Shown here piece by piece: positions 1 to 8,733 of a stretch of DNA of 64,000 nucleotides. The stretch is taken from NCBI GenBank assembly GCA_048128005.1, contig JBEUKZ010000085.1, forward strand, positions 248,001 to 312,000. Reading direction: 5' to 3'. Every line of letters starts with the position of its first letter. Position 1 is the first letter of the stretch. The notes under the pieces are model-generated. The model saw only the letters and a program-made list of their open reading frames with translations. It ran no database searches and was not told the DNA's origin. A program made the position numbers and the translations under genes. The stretch is from Veleropilina oligotropha. Lineage: Eukaryota.

Positions 1-405
1 CTACAGAAAGTGAATGAGCTCCAGGGGCAGCTAGAACGAGAACGGGATGCTCGAGCCGCCCTGTACAAAAAGTACCGCCGAGGCGTTAATGTCATTGATG
101 GAATTGATTCGGGCCTGGTCGTGGCGACCCTAGGTATGGGTAGCGCCGGCATCGGTCTACTGTCCACGATCGTTGCCGCACCTGTTGTCCTAGTGCTGGA
201 ACTAGCGGCGTTGGGGTGTGGGCTCGCTAGTATGGGTGGAAAGTACATCAGCCGGCGCCTCCAGGTTAAGGCTAAGAAACACGACGAGATTCGAGTACTG
301 GCCGAAAGCAAGCTGAACACCATAACCGACCACGTCTCAAAGGCCTTAGCGGACGGGGTGATGTCTGATGATGAATTCCAACTGGTCACAGGGGAGATGG
401 AAAAA

Positions 406-643
406 TGAGGTTTTAATGTAAACCTAATATTAGTATAAAACATACTTACGTCCTTACTCTTGCCATAATAGCATATTATCGCCCAAACCGGAAATGGTGA
501 ATATGTCCCATAATGCACCGTTATAAGCCAAAAAAGCACACGGTTACCTCCCCTGCTCCTACCCCCCACGTTCCCTAGCGAGACTTCGCCAAGTCTCGTG
601 AGACTTCTGAACAATAGAAGTCACATGACATCAATTCAAAGTT
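406..643. repeat. DIRS inverted terminal repeat (element 3' end)
   Basis: 438-643 is the reverse complement of 7632-7837. The outer about 32 nt (406-437) are unique to this end and are mirrored in the ICR. Confidence 0.95.
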
Positions 644-701
644 CAAAAACCCAAAGGAACGTAGTAGAGGGGAGGAATGCGAACGCAGGGTGGGTAATCG
701 T

Positions 702-792
702 GTAAGGACGTAAGTATGTTTTATACTAATATTAGGTTTACATTAAAACCTCATATATAGTTACAAACATACTTACGTCCTTACTCTTGCCA
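702..792. repeat. DIRS internal complementary region (ICR)
   Basis: 702-753 is the reverse complement of the left end (406-457) and 754-792 is the reverse complement of the right end (7810-7848). Together they spell the circle junction GTAACTATATA|TGAGG. Confidence 0.93.
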
Positions 793-1625
793 GAATAACC
801 TTGGATAGGTGGGTAAGACGTTCCTTACAACAAACCCAAACAAGATAATGACTTACTTTTCACCAATTCGATCAGCATGAAGCGTCGAGTGTGTCCGTCT
901 AGAGTGGAATTTTTACTGAGTATTATATTCTACTCTTACCAGGCGAGAATTTCGACCAGTGTTACCGGGAGAATACGCCGTGGTGTTAGTCGGACGAGGT
1001 GAACGGAAGTGCAATCAGCCCCTGGCACGGCCGGAAGGATAAATCCCTGTAGGTCTTACGTGTCATGGACCAGTGGCAGCCAAATGGGTCTCCGGGCCTA
1101 TAGGCCGGTAGCCAGAGGATGCAGTCGGATTTGTAAGCACACGGAACCTAACAGGTTGTGAAAGCTTAAAAATCAAAAGCAAAGAATTAATAGATTATAT
1201 AATAATCGATATTAATAAGTAGTTCGTATGACCAACTTGCGAACGCTAACATGGACGACATGTCACTTAAAATAAATTTTAAGGAAGCAAAAATGTTCGA
1301 CATGTTACTTAAAAATAAATGTTAAGGAATCAACATTTTAAATGTATTGAACATCGTATGTTCGATTACAGCAAAGAACATAATAATATTGAACCCTAAT
1401 CTTTTTAAGATTTGTGCAAAATTATCAAAGTTGTTTTATTAAATTCAATGTGATCTGGCTTATGTCAACACTCAGTCTGACATGAGAAGTACAAAATCTT
1501 AAATTAGATTTAAGAAATGAACAGACATTGAACTGCCCCATAGGTGTTAATTACATAGCACCGTTTGGCCAACGAAAATAAAATGGCGTCAGTAAATATG
1601 CAAATGAGCAATCAGAGAACAATAC

Positions 1626-4583
1626 TTACTGATTAGAAGACCTCGGTCTAACAATAACCCGTTGTGCAGCAACACAGTGTAAACTGCTTAGGCCATCAGC
1701 CCCGGTTGAGTAGTCGCGCAGATAATGTTTTACAAACACGTTAGCGTTTTTCCAATATCCGGCCTGTAGTAACGCATTGATATTTAAATTATGTCGGAAG
1801 GCTACAGACGCTGCAATGGCCCGGACCTCATGTGCGCGGACCGATAAAATAGTTCGGTCGTCGTCATCACAACGGATGTAAACATCTCTCACAGTTTGTG
1901 AAATCCACCGCGAAACAGTAGTCCTCGTAATGTCGCGGGTGTAGGTGGGCAAATACGAAATGAATAAACGTAATTTTCCCTGTCGCAACTCACGGGTTCT
2001 GTCTAGGTAGAATCGAAGCGCCCGGACCGGGCAATTGAAGCGGTCTGCGTCGCGCCTTCCGACTAGCGTTAGCTTGGGAATAACAACATCGGGTGCGTCC
2101 TCGTTCGGCCGCTGGTTCTTGGCTAAGAAGCCCAGAATGGGACGCAGTATCACCGACCCGTCTGACTGGAATCGTATGTCTCTTAGCTCGGAGGAGAAAG
2201 CATGAATCTCGGAACAACGCCTGCCCGACGCTAAGGCGATCAGAAAAACTGTTTTGTGCGTCAAGTTCCTCATGGTTATCTCGGACATCGGCTCATACGG
2301 GGGTAAGAGTAATGCGTTAAGAATAAGTACTATATTCCAGGCAGGTGGCTTAATTCTTCGGGTCGGTATCTCGAGTTCATAAGATCGTATAAAATCTGAT
2401 ATCGTTCGGTCGCTTGATAGGCCAGCATGGGCACGACACTGCTTTAGCGTGGTCGCGATCGTTGCCCGATAGCCTTTGACGGCGGACACTGACATACCGC
2501 GGTCGAAGAGCGACGATAAAAACTCGATAAACTTGTTCACAGGGGGACGGAGTATATTGATCTGCCTGCTGTGACACCAATCCACGTACTTAACCCATCG
2601 GTAGTCATAGACTTTTGTAGTGGAAATCCTTCTCGATCGATAGATACGTAAGGCTGTAGCTTTAGAAAATCCTTTCTTAGCAAGGGATCGTTCGATAACC
2701 GCCAGGCGTGTAAACGTAAGTGGTTCGGCGACTCGTGGAGTACACGGGTGCGTGGTTGCATTAACAGGTCTAGTTTCTGCGGTAACGCTAACGGTCGATC
2801 GACGATCAGATCGAGGAGGGTCGGAAACCAAGGTTGCGTGCGATAAAGGGGCGCTATTAGCGTTATCTCGCAACGTTCGGTCGCTGCCTTCTGTAATACC
2901 AGTGATAGAATGCACGTCGGGGGGAAGGCATACGCGGACAGATTCTCCCATGTCATTGACATTGCGTCGACCGCCAGGGCGGCCGGGTCTGGGTACGGGG
3001 AGACATACAGAGGTAGTCGGTAATTGAATTCTGTTGCAAACAAGTCGACTTGGGGTTGCGACCACCGGCGGCAAACATCCCGAGCTACTCGGCTGTGTAG
3101 CGTCCATTCTGTGTGTATAATCTGTGATCTCCGAGAGAGCGAATCCGCTCTGACATTCAGCTTTCCCGGGATGTGTCGGGCTCGAATCGTCGAGTTGAGG
3201 GACATCACTAAGCGGTGTAGGTCTATTGCTCGGTCGCATAGGGGACGCGAGCGTGTACCGCCCTGGTGCTGTATGTAAGCGACGACAGTCGTGTTGTCCG
3301 TGGCGAGCATTATATGCTTGTTGCGGAGATGTGACGAGAGGGACCGTACTGACAGGAAGACGGCTTCTAACTCTAGGAAGTTGATATGTCGTCCCTGAAG
3401 GTCTGTCGGCCATAGGCCTGATGTCTCGTAACTGTCGAGGTGACCACCCCAGCCGTCGTTCGAAGCGTCTGTGAACAGGTAAGCGTTCGGCTCTGGTGGG
3501 GATATAGGAACCGACTGGTCCGGCAAAGCGGGGTTCAACCACACTGCTGTCGTGTCGGTAAACCAATGCCGTAGATCGATGCGATCCTTCCACTGCCCCG
3601 TCCGTTGTATCCAGCGATCCCTGAAAGCCTGTTGTAACGGTCTTTTGTCCATGCGACCCGTCGGTAGCAGGGGCGCTACCGACTCGATGTGCCCCAGGAC
3701 AGTGGCCAGTTGTCGCGCCGTAGTTATGTCCGATGACAGGGTGTCTTGGATAACCGCGCGTAGGTTCCGCATACGCTTCTGGGTCGGCTTCGCGGTGTAC
3801 CGGACCGTATCGAAGTCGACTCCGAGGAACGTAAACGTCGTCGAGGGCACGAAGCAGGATTTTGTCTCGTTGATCTGAAATCCCAGGCGCTTCGTCGATG
3901 ACAGGGTAAAGCTCGTAGACCGGAGGCACAGATCTCGGGACGCCCCGAGGATCAGCCAGTCGTCGAGGTACATATGTACCCTGTGCCCTAGAGAGTGTAG
4001 GAAGGCCCCCAGGGCCTGTACTGTTCTCGTGAAGACGTACGGGGCTGACGATAGACCGAACGGTAGGCACCTGAATTGGTAGATCGTCTCCCCGTGTATA
4101 AACCGAAGGTACTGATGAGCCGTGATATGCATCGGGACATGCAGATACGCGTCGGCGAGATCGATAGACGCTGCCCAGTCGCCCGGACGGATGGCCGCTC
4201 GAATCTTCGAGAGGGTTTCTTGCTGGAATTTCTCGGTACGAAGATATAGGTTTAAGTACGAGAGATCGAGGATCGGTCTCCAGCGGCCATCGGGTTTCGG
4301 GACCAGGAAGAAATGGCTGTAAAATCCTGGTGTGCTGGGCGGCGCGGGATATATCGCTCTTTTTAGGAGCAAATCCCGCACTGCCTGGTCTAAGACCGCT
4401 TGTTTCTCTCCGTTTAGGAGTCGAGCGTGTCTTGTTGGTGGTGCCTCGGTTAAGGTCGGATGCCGGTTGAATGCCAACTTGTATCCGGCACTCACGACTA
4501 AGTGGACCCAGTTGCTGTCTGTCAGCTCTAGCCAGGGCTGGCTGTGTGCTAACAGGCACGCTCCCACCGGCGGGAGCGGGCAA
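1626..4583 (-). CDS. DIRS ORF3: tyrosine recombinase (C-terminal about 360 aa) with a long N-terminal extension overlapping the RT ORF
   Basis: Catalytic motifs LASGRRCSEIH (R), RAHEVRAIAAS (HxxR), GYWKNANVFVKHY (W...Y), plus DxxxCPVRAL. The annotated start is TTG, so the real start is uncertain. Confidence 0.92.
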   Translation of the reverse strand: MPAPAGGSVPVSTQPALARADRQQLGPLSRECRIQVGIQPASDLNRGTTNKTRSTPKRRETSGLRPGSAGFAPKKSDISRAAQHTRILQPFLPGPETRWPLETDPRSLVLKPISSYREIPARNPLEDSSGHPSGRLGSVYRSRRRVSACPDAYHGSSVPSVYTRGDDLPIQVPTVRSIVSPVRLHENSTGPGGLPTLSRAQGTYVPRRLADPRGVPRSVPPVYELYPVIDEAPGISDQRDKILLRALDDVYVPRSRLRYGPVHREADPEAYAEPTRGYPRHPVIGHNYGATTGHCPGAHRVGSAPATDGSHGQKTVTTGFQGSLDTTDGAVEGSHRSTALVYRHDSSVVEPRFAGPVGSYIPTRAERLPVHRRFERRLGWSPRQLRDIRPMADRPSGTTYQLPRVRSRLPVSTVPLVTSPQQAYNARHGQHDCRRLHTAPGRYTLASPMRPSNRPTPLSDVPQLDDSSPTHPGKAECQSGFALSEITDYTHRMDATQPSSSGCLPPVVATPSRLVCNRIQLPTTSVCLPVPRPGRPGGRRNVNDMGESVRVCLPPDVHSITGITEGSDRTLRDNANSAPLSHATLVSDPPRSDRRSTVSVTAETRPVNATTHPCTPRVAEPLTFTRLAVIERSLAKKGFSKATALRIYRSRRISTTKVYDYRWVKYVDWCHSRQINILRPPVNKFIEFLSSLFDRGMSVSAVKGYRATIATTLKQCRAHAGLSSDRTISDFIRSYELEIPTRRIKPPAWNIVLILNALLLPPYEPMSEITMRNLTHKTVFLIALASGRRCSEIHAFSSELRDIRFQSDGSVILRPILGFLAKNQRPNEDAPDVVIPKLTLVGRRDADRFNCPVRALRFYLDRTRELRQGKLRLFISYLPTYTRDITRTTVSRWISQTVRDVYIRCDDDDRTILSVRAHEVRAIAASVAFRHNLNINALLQAGYWKNANVFVKHYLRDYSTGADGLSSLHCVAAQRVIVRPRSSNQ
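2537..4567 (-). CDS. DIRS ORF2: reverse transcriptase + RNase H + Dam-like adenine methyltransferase domain
   Basis: GFYSHFFLVPKPDGRWRPILDL, SIDLADAYLHV, LPFGLSSAPYVF and YLDDWL (RT). FTDASNDGWG, HINFLELEAV, TDNTTVVAYI and NVRADSLSR (RNase H). VDLFAT...AYAFPP (DIRS methylase-like domain). The frame is open from 4627 and has no ATG before the RT core. Confidence 0.95.
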   Translation of the reverse strand: MGACLLAHSQPWLELTDSNWVHLVVSAGYKLAFNRHPTLTEAPPTRHARLLNGEKQAVLDQAVRDLLLKRAIYPAPPSTPGFYSHFFLVPKPDGRWRPILDLSYLNLYLRTEKFQQETLSKIRAAIRPGDWAASIDLADAYLHVPMHITAHQYLRFIHGETIYQFRCLPFGLSSAPYVFTRTVQALGAFLHSLGHRVHMYLDDWLILGASRDLCLRSTSFTLSSTKRLGFQINETKSCFVPSTTFTFLGVDFDTVRYTAKPTQKRMRNLRAVIQDTLSSDITTARQLATVLGHIESVAPLLPTGRMDKRPLQQAFRDRWIQRTGQWKDRIDLRHWFTDTTAVWLNPALPDQSVPISPPEPNAYLFTDASNDGWGGHLDSYETSGLWPTDLQGRHINFLELEAVFLSVRSLSSHLRNKHIMLATDNTTVVAYIQHQGGTRSRPLCDRAIDLHRLVMSLNSTIRARHIPGKLNVRADSLSRRSQIIHTEWTLHSRVARDVCRRWSQPQVDLFATEFNYRLPLYVSPYPDPAALAVDAMSMTWENLSAYAFPPTCILSLVLQKAATERCEITLIAPLYRTQPWFPTLLDLIVDRPLALPQKLDLLMQPRTRVLHESPNHLRLHAWRLSNDPLLRKDFLKLQPYVSIDREGFPLQKSMTTDGLSTWIGVTAGRSIYSVPL

Positions 4584-4610
4584 CTGGGACCGTCGCGAAT
4601 GCCGGCAGCC

Positions 4611-6959
4611 CTAGGGCCGAGGCTTCCCTATCCCGCTCTGCTTGCGGGATTTTGCTGGAGGTGCTCGCCTCTTTGGAGTGGGTTTATTGGCCGGAGGCCT
4701 ACCACCCGAAGAGGGCTTCGCACGCTTAGAAGGCTTCGGGGCCGGGGTGGGCCCGGAGCGCTTCTTCGAGTTGGCAGGTGGACCCCGGGTGGGGAGCAGT
4801 ACTGCCTTCTCGATGGCACGGTCCTTAATGTCCGCCGCTCTCTTGTCAACAAACTCCGTGAAGTTGTCACCAAAGAGAGTGGTGGCCGAGCAAGGTACGC
4901 ATCGCAACGAGCGCCGGGTGGGCTCGTCCAGCGAGGTACCTTCCAGGCAAGCATCCCTACGTAGTAGGAGGGCATTGCCCAGGACACGTCCCGTCTCCAA
5001 CGCGCTGGTCTCCTGCGCGGCAGCAACCTCCTGGAGGAAGGACAGGGCAGCCTCGGTGGCGCCGGGTCCATTCTCCTGTAATACGGCTATCGCCCCGTCT
5101 AGGAAAAAATCCTGAACGGACGATAGCCGCAGAGCCCGTCGGGCGGAGCTCTCGAAAGCTTCCAAGGCGGACCAAGGAACTTTCGCTACGGAGGGAGGGT
5201 GACTGGCGGTCAGTCGACGCAACGAAGCGTCAACACGAGCCGGCTCAGTCGCCAGGCACGGGCCAGTGCATTCGAACGGGGTCGCTCGAGTACTGGCCCG
5301 GAGGTACCTCCCACTACGGAACCCCGAAGGGAACTCGTTCAGCGGGGAGGACTCCACCGGATTGCGCCCCTGAACGAGCTTGGTGATCGAGTCTACAACA
5401 AGATCCACCAGCCCGGACTGAGGTAAGGAGGGGAGCTCGGGGGCTTCCCTCGCAACAAACCGATGTGCTGCCGTCCTATGCTTGGCTACGTCTACAGCCG
5501 ACCGAGTCGGTTCCGACAAGCCAAGCACCCCGCGAAGTGACGCAACGGCGTCGAGCCTTCGGCGGGTGGAGGAGGTCGGCTCCTGCGTGCCTGTAAGACT
5601 AATGTCTTCGGACCCGACCGATTCAGGGAGGTCGGAGTGATTTGAACAGAGATCCTCGTTGGAACGAGGGTCGATGTCTATCACTGAGGCAGGAGCCGTG
5701 CTCTGCGCCATGGGCAGAAGTGTAGGTACCAGGTGCGGCTCGGGAGCCGTCGGCCAGGCCTTACACCGTTCCTCGATCCCCGCCGCGATCCATGCCTGGA
5801 CGTTCTCAAAAGAGAAACCCGGAGGCAGGACGGGCGACGAACTAACAGCCGGTAGTTCTGTCGAGGTAACCGTGGCGCTAGGTAGACGGGCTGCATTGAC
5901 AGGTCGAACCGAGGACCAGGGTCCACGGGCACTTGTCGAGGGGTCGAACCCGAAGGACTGGCCCGGAGGCGCAGTCAGTGGGCCGGACGACCGATAGGAC
6001 TGCGGCAACAGTTCTGATCGGTCTACCACTCTGTTCGAGCGAGGCACGGACGGAAAACCGCCGTAGAACCCCGTCCCGAACGCAGCCGGTCTGTCCACGT
6101 TCTCTAGCGTGACCACGGTGGGTGCACGGGAGAGACCGGGCCCTCTGAATGTCTCGTGAGCTTCGAGGTTGAGCGGACAACCCCTAGGGGAAGTCGCATC
6201 GTTCTCAACCGAGGATTCAGGTTTCGCCGATTGTCCGAGTCTTAGACCTACAAGTAGGTGCCCGGCCTCTTTAAAGGCTTTCTCTGCATTGGGTCTGTCA
6301 CCGTAGGAAGACGGTGAGTTTCCCGCAGAAGGACTAACTGTCCCCTTATTCTTCGAGGCTGAAGAAAAGGATGGGGATAGTCTGCCCTGTTCAGCTGTTC
6401 GCTGCGCTGTCATGTATACCTTGCTAGCCGGCAAGGTATGGCTGACTGCAGTTACTAGGCCCAGTTGTGGAGGAACGGTCGACACTCGGGTCTTTACCTG
6501 AATCTGGGGTACCGGCAAGGTTTCGGTGACTCTCCCAAGAGTCGCGGAGGTTTCGCCGGTGGATCCGGCGACAGACGTCTGTCGGCTGTCGTCCAGCGTC
6601 CCTGAAGCAGACAAAGAAGAAACGTTAGGTAACTTACCGGTCTCTTCATGACCCTTCTCCACGGGAGGACCCACCGTGGCAGTCGCCCTGGTCGACTTAC
6701 CGTGGTGAGACAGGGTTGCCCACTGCTTATCTGATAGAAGAAAGCACAGATCACATTGATGATGTATACTACAGCTACGATGAGTACAACATTCCTTGTG
6801 CCTATCAAATGCGTGAATTTTCTGGTTACACCCGGAGCTACTGCACCGGACCATAGCTAAATACACGGGAGGGTGGACGTGGGTAGACGGGGTAGATAAA
6901 TAGGTATATATATGGTAGTTGAGACTTCTTTCCTTGGAGGGAGTACTACGACAACTCAC
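4611..6959 (-). CDS. DIRS ORF1, gag-like protein (probable ATG at MVRCSS, about 6854)
   Basis: N-terminal Cys/His cluster (CSSSGC..DRHKECCTHRSC..CDLC), Pro/Ser-rich middle, and C-terminal NALLLRRDACL..LRCVP..LFG motif typical of DIRS1 ORF1. Lies upstream of RT. Confidence 0.85.
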   Translation of the reverse strand: MSCRSTPSKERSLNYHIYTYLSTPSTHVHPPVYLAMVRCSSSGCNQKIHAFDRHKECCTHRSCSIHHQCDLCFLLSDKQWATLSHHGKSTRATATVGPPVEKGHEETGKLPNVSSLSASGTLDDSRQTSVAGSTGETSATLGRVTETLPVPQIQVKTRVSTVPPQLGLVTAVSHTLPASKVYMTAQRTAEQGRLSPSFSSASKNKGTVSPSAGNSPSSYGDRPNAEKAFKEAGHLLVGLRLGQSAKPESSVENDATSPRGCPLNLEAHETFRGPGLSRAPTVVTLENVDRPAAFGTGFYGGFPSVPRSNRVVDRSELLPQSYRSSGPLTAPPGQSFGFDPSTSARGPWSSVRPVNAARLPSATVTSTELPAVSSSPVLPPGFSFENVQAWIAAGIEERCKAWPTAPEPHLVPTLLPMAQSTAPASVIDIDPRSNEDLCSNHSDLPESVGSEDISLTGTQEPTSSTRRRLDAVASLRGVLGLSEPTRSAVDVAKHRTAAHRFVAREAPELPSLPQSGLVDLVVDSITKLVQGRNPVESSPLNEFPSGFRSGRYLRASTRATPFECTGPCLATEPARVDASLRRLTASHPPSVAKVPWSALEAFESSARRALRLSSVQDFFLDGAIAVLQENGPGATEAALSFLQEVAAAQETSALETGRVLGNALLLRRDACLEGTSLDEPTRRSLRCVPCSATTLFGDNFTEFVDKRAADIKDRAIEKAVLLPTRGPPANSKKRSGPTPAPKPSKRAKPSSGGRPPANKPTPKRRAPPAKSRKQSGIGKPRP

Positions 6960-7631
6960 AGAATTGTCCTGATCTGAAGATTAGAGATCAAGCGATATAC
7001 CGTTATTAAAAACCCCGAACTGGGAACACCGAGGTCGGGTATTTTACCCGACCGACCCGGTAACCCGGCAAATTGACTAAAACAAAGGGAGGTTATTTCC
7101 TCGAAAAAACCGCCCAGAAAAACACCTGAAAACCTCGTGGATGTTTTATGTTAGTACAATGGCGTATTATCCCAGCCACGGCAGGATATCAGAAAATTAA
7201 CGCAAGCTTAATATCAAAAGATCCTGCCTTTTAACAACGCTAGAAAATTTTATATAATAATAACCAGCAAATAGCGTTGTTAAGGAATTATCCAATATAA
7301 TGAGTTACCTGTTTTGCAGTCTCAAACAATATCAGATAATTATACAGACCAGAAATTTCAGCTACCACTCGAAACTTTCCCTCTAAGCGGCCATCTTAAC
7401 GGCCACTGGCGTCCTTGACGACGATGTCTGTTTCCTTTGATGTCCAGAACTTCCTCGAAGTTTGAGAATCACTCTTCTTATATTCACATGTGTTTTAGAT
7501 CCACAACACAGGGTTATATTCCACTACTTATATACTATATAAGCAGAAACTGCGCCCTGATTTAACGTGAAATCGGGCGCCTATATCGAAATATTTGCGG
7601 AGCAAAACAACGTCTTTCCGCGACAGCGGAA

Positions 7632-7848
7632 AACTTTGAATTGATGTCATGTGACTTCTATTGTTCAGAAGTCTCACGAGACTTGGCGAAGTCTCGCTAG
7701 GGAACGTGGGGGGTAGGAGCAGGGGAGGTAACCGTGTGCTTTTTTGGCTTATAACGGTGCATTATGGGACATATTCACCATTTCCGGTTTGGGCGATAAT
7801 ATGCTATTATGGCAAGAGTAAGGACGTAAGTATGTTTGTAACTATATA
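7632..7848. repeat. DIRS inverted terminal repeat (element 5' end)
   Basis: Reverse complement of 438-643, plus a terminal GTAACTATATA matched in the ICR. Confidence 0.95.
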
Positions 7849-8071
7849 TATCGGACAATGAAGGCCACCCTGCGTCTCAAAAGTCTAAAGGCGCACACCG
7901 CGGTTTCACAGACCCAAACCGAGCTCATTGAGCGTGGACGTAAAGAGGGACGCGCCGAGCTACTGAAAAAAATCGGGGCTGGCGACTAACCAGCCAGGTT
8001 GAGCGTGGGGTGGGTGGGGACCCCCCTCCCCCGTATTAAAGCTAGAACTCGACAGTGATATCTGGACAACC

Positions 8072-8500
8072 ATGAAATCCATGCTACTTCTGTGCATTGC
8101 CGCGGTGTGCTGGCTAGGGGGTGTCTCCACCCACCCCACGCTCAACACTGCATTAATTCTCGAACATACGTGGGCTAGGTACCGAAATCACCCCCGGTAC
8201 AATATAAGGCGCGACCCCTTGCGAAGAAACTTGCTACTACGCCCGGGAGACCCCACCCCTGAGGTAACCCCACCCTCATGTCACTACTTTATTATCGGAG
8301 AGAATGAGTGTGGGGTGGGGGCTCCCCCCGACCCAAATACTGTGGTCTGCATCGAATGCGCTGAGCCGTCCTTATGCCGTGGTAAACGCGGGCATTACTT
8401 CTCTATGTTATCTACCGGCTGCGGGGGTTCGTGGAGTCAGATAGGACAGCATTCGCCATGCAACTGTACGCTCGCCAGCGGGAATTACATATTTATCTAA
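8072..8500 (+). CDS. Secreted cysteine-rich protein (142 aa), possible cystine-knot fold, within the Maverick end
   Basis: ATG start, signal-peptide-like MKSMLLLCIAAVCWLGGVST, basic pro-region, and a C-terminal domain with 8 Cys ending W...PCNCT. Confidence 0.6.
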   Translation: MKSMLLLCIAAVCWLGGVSTHPTLNTALILEHTWARYRNHPRYNIRRDPLRRNLLLRPGDPTPEVTPPSCHYFIIGENECGVGAPPDPNTVVCIECAEPSLCRGKRGHYFSMLSTGCGGSWSQIGQHSPCNCTLASGNYIFI

Positions 8501-8733
8501 ACAGCCGGCATGTTAGACGTTGTGTAGTTATACTTGAAAGCAACATGCCGCAGGAAGACATTCCTACGCTGTACGGCGAACGGAGCTCCAGGCGCGTTAA
8601 AAACCTCTTAAACCGGGGCTATAACGTTTTGATCGTTGTACTCGACGATGGTGAACAAGCGATATATAAGAAGAAGACCAAAGACGGTAGAAAGGGAGTT
8701 GTACGAAATCAAACGCCGGCGGGCCCTCAGTGA
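8458..8733 (+). CDS. Small hypothetical protein of the Maverick end (about 91 aa from ATG MQLYA)
   Basis: Compact ORF overlapping the previous stop, virus-like packing, plausible alpha/beta pattern (LLNRGYNVLIVVLDDG). No family recognised. Confidence 0.4.
   Translation: MQLYARQRELHIYLNSRHVRRCVVILESNMPQEDIPTLYGERSSRRVKNLLNRGYNVLIVVLDDGEQAIYKKKTKDGRKGVVRNQTPAGPQ

Larger units (their letters stand above)
406..7848 (-). mobile_element. Full-length DIRS1-like tyrosine-recombinase retrotransposon (7,443 bp)
   Basis: Non-identical inverted terminal repeats (406-643 vs 7632-7848), an internal complementary region (702-792), gag-like, RT/RNaseH/methylase and YR ORFs all uninterrupted, and no target-site duplication. 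Confidence 0.95.
1..7989 (+). pseudogene. Polinton/adintovirus-type membrane protein ORF (5'-partial), split by the DIRS insertion: <1-405 joined to 7849-7989
   Basis: The frame is open from base 1 (LQKVNEL...). It has two hydrophobic Gly/Ala-rich helices, then KKHDEIRVLAESKLNTI..SKALADGVMSDDEF. Removing 406-7848 joins ATG GAA AAA to TAT CGG ACA ATG in frame, giving ...GEMEK|YRTMKATLRLKSLKAHTAVSQTQTELIERGRKEGRAELLKKIGAGD*. Family recalled from the motif (sometimes called gasderminX in adintoviruses); not verified. Confidence 0.7.

Noticed and set aside
1990..6808. Many short alternative-frame and antisense ORFs within DIRS
   Set aside because: Expected by-products of GC-rich coding sequence; no recognisable motifs.
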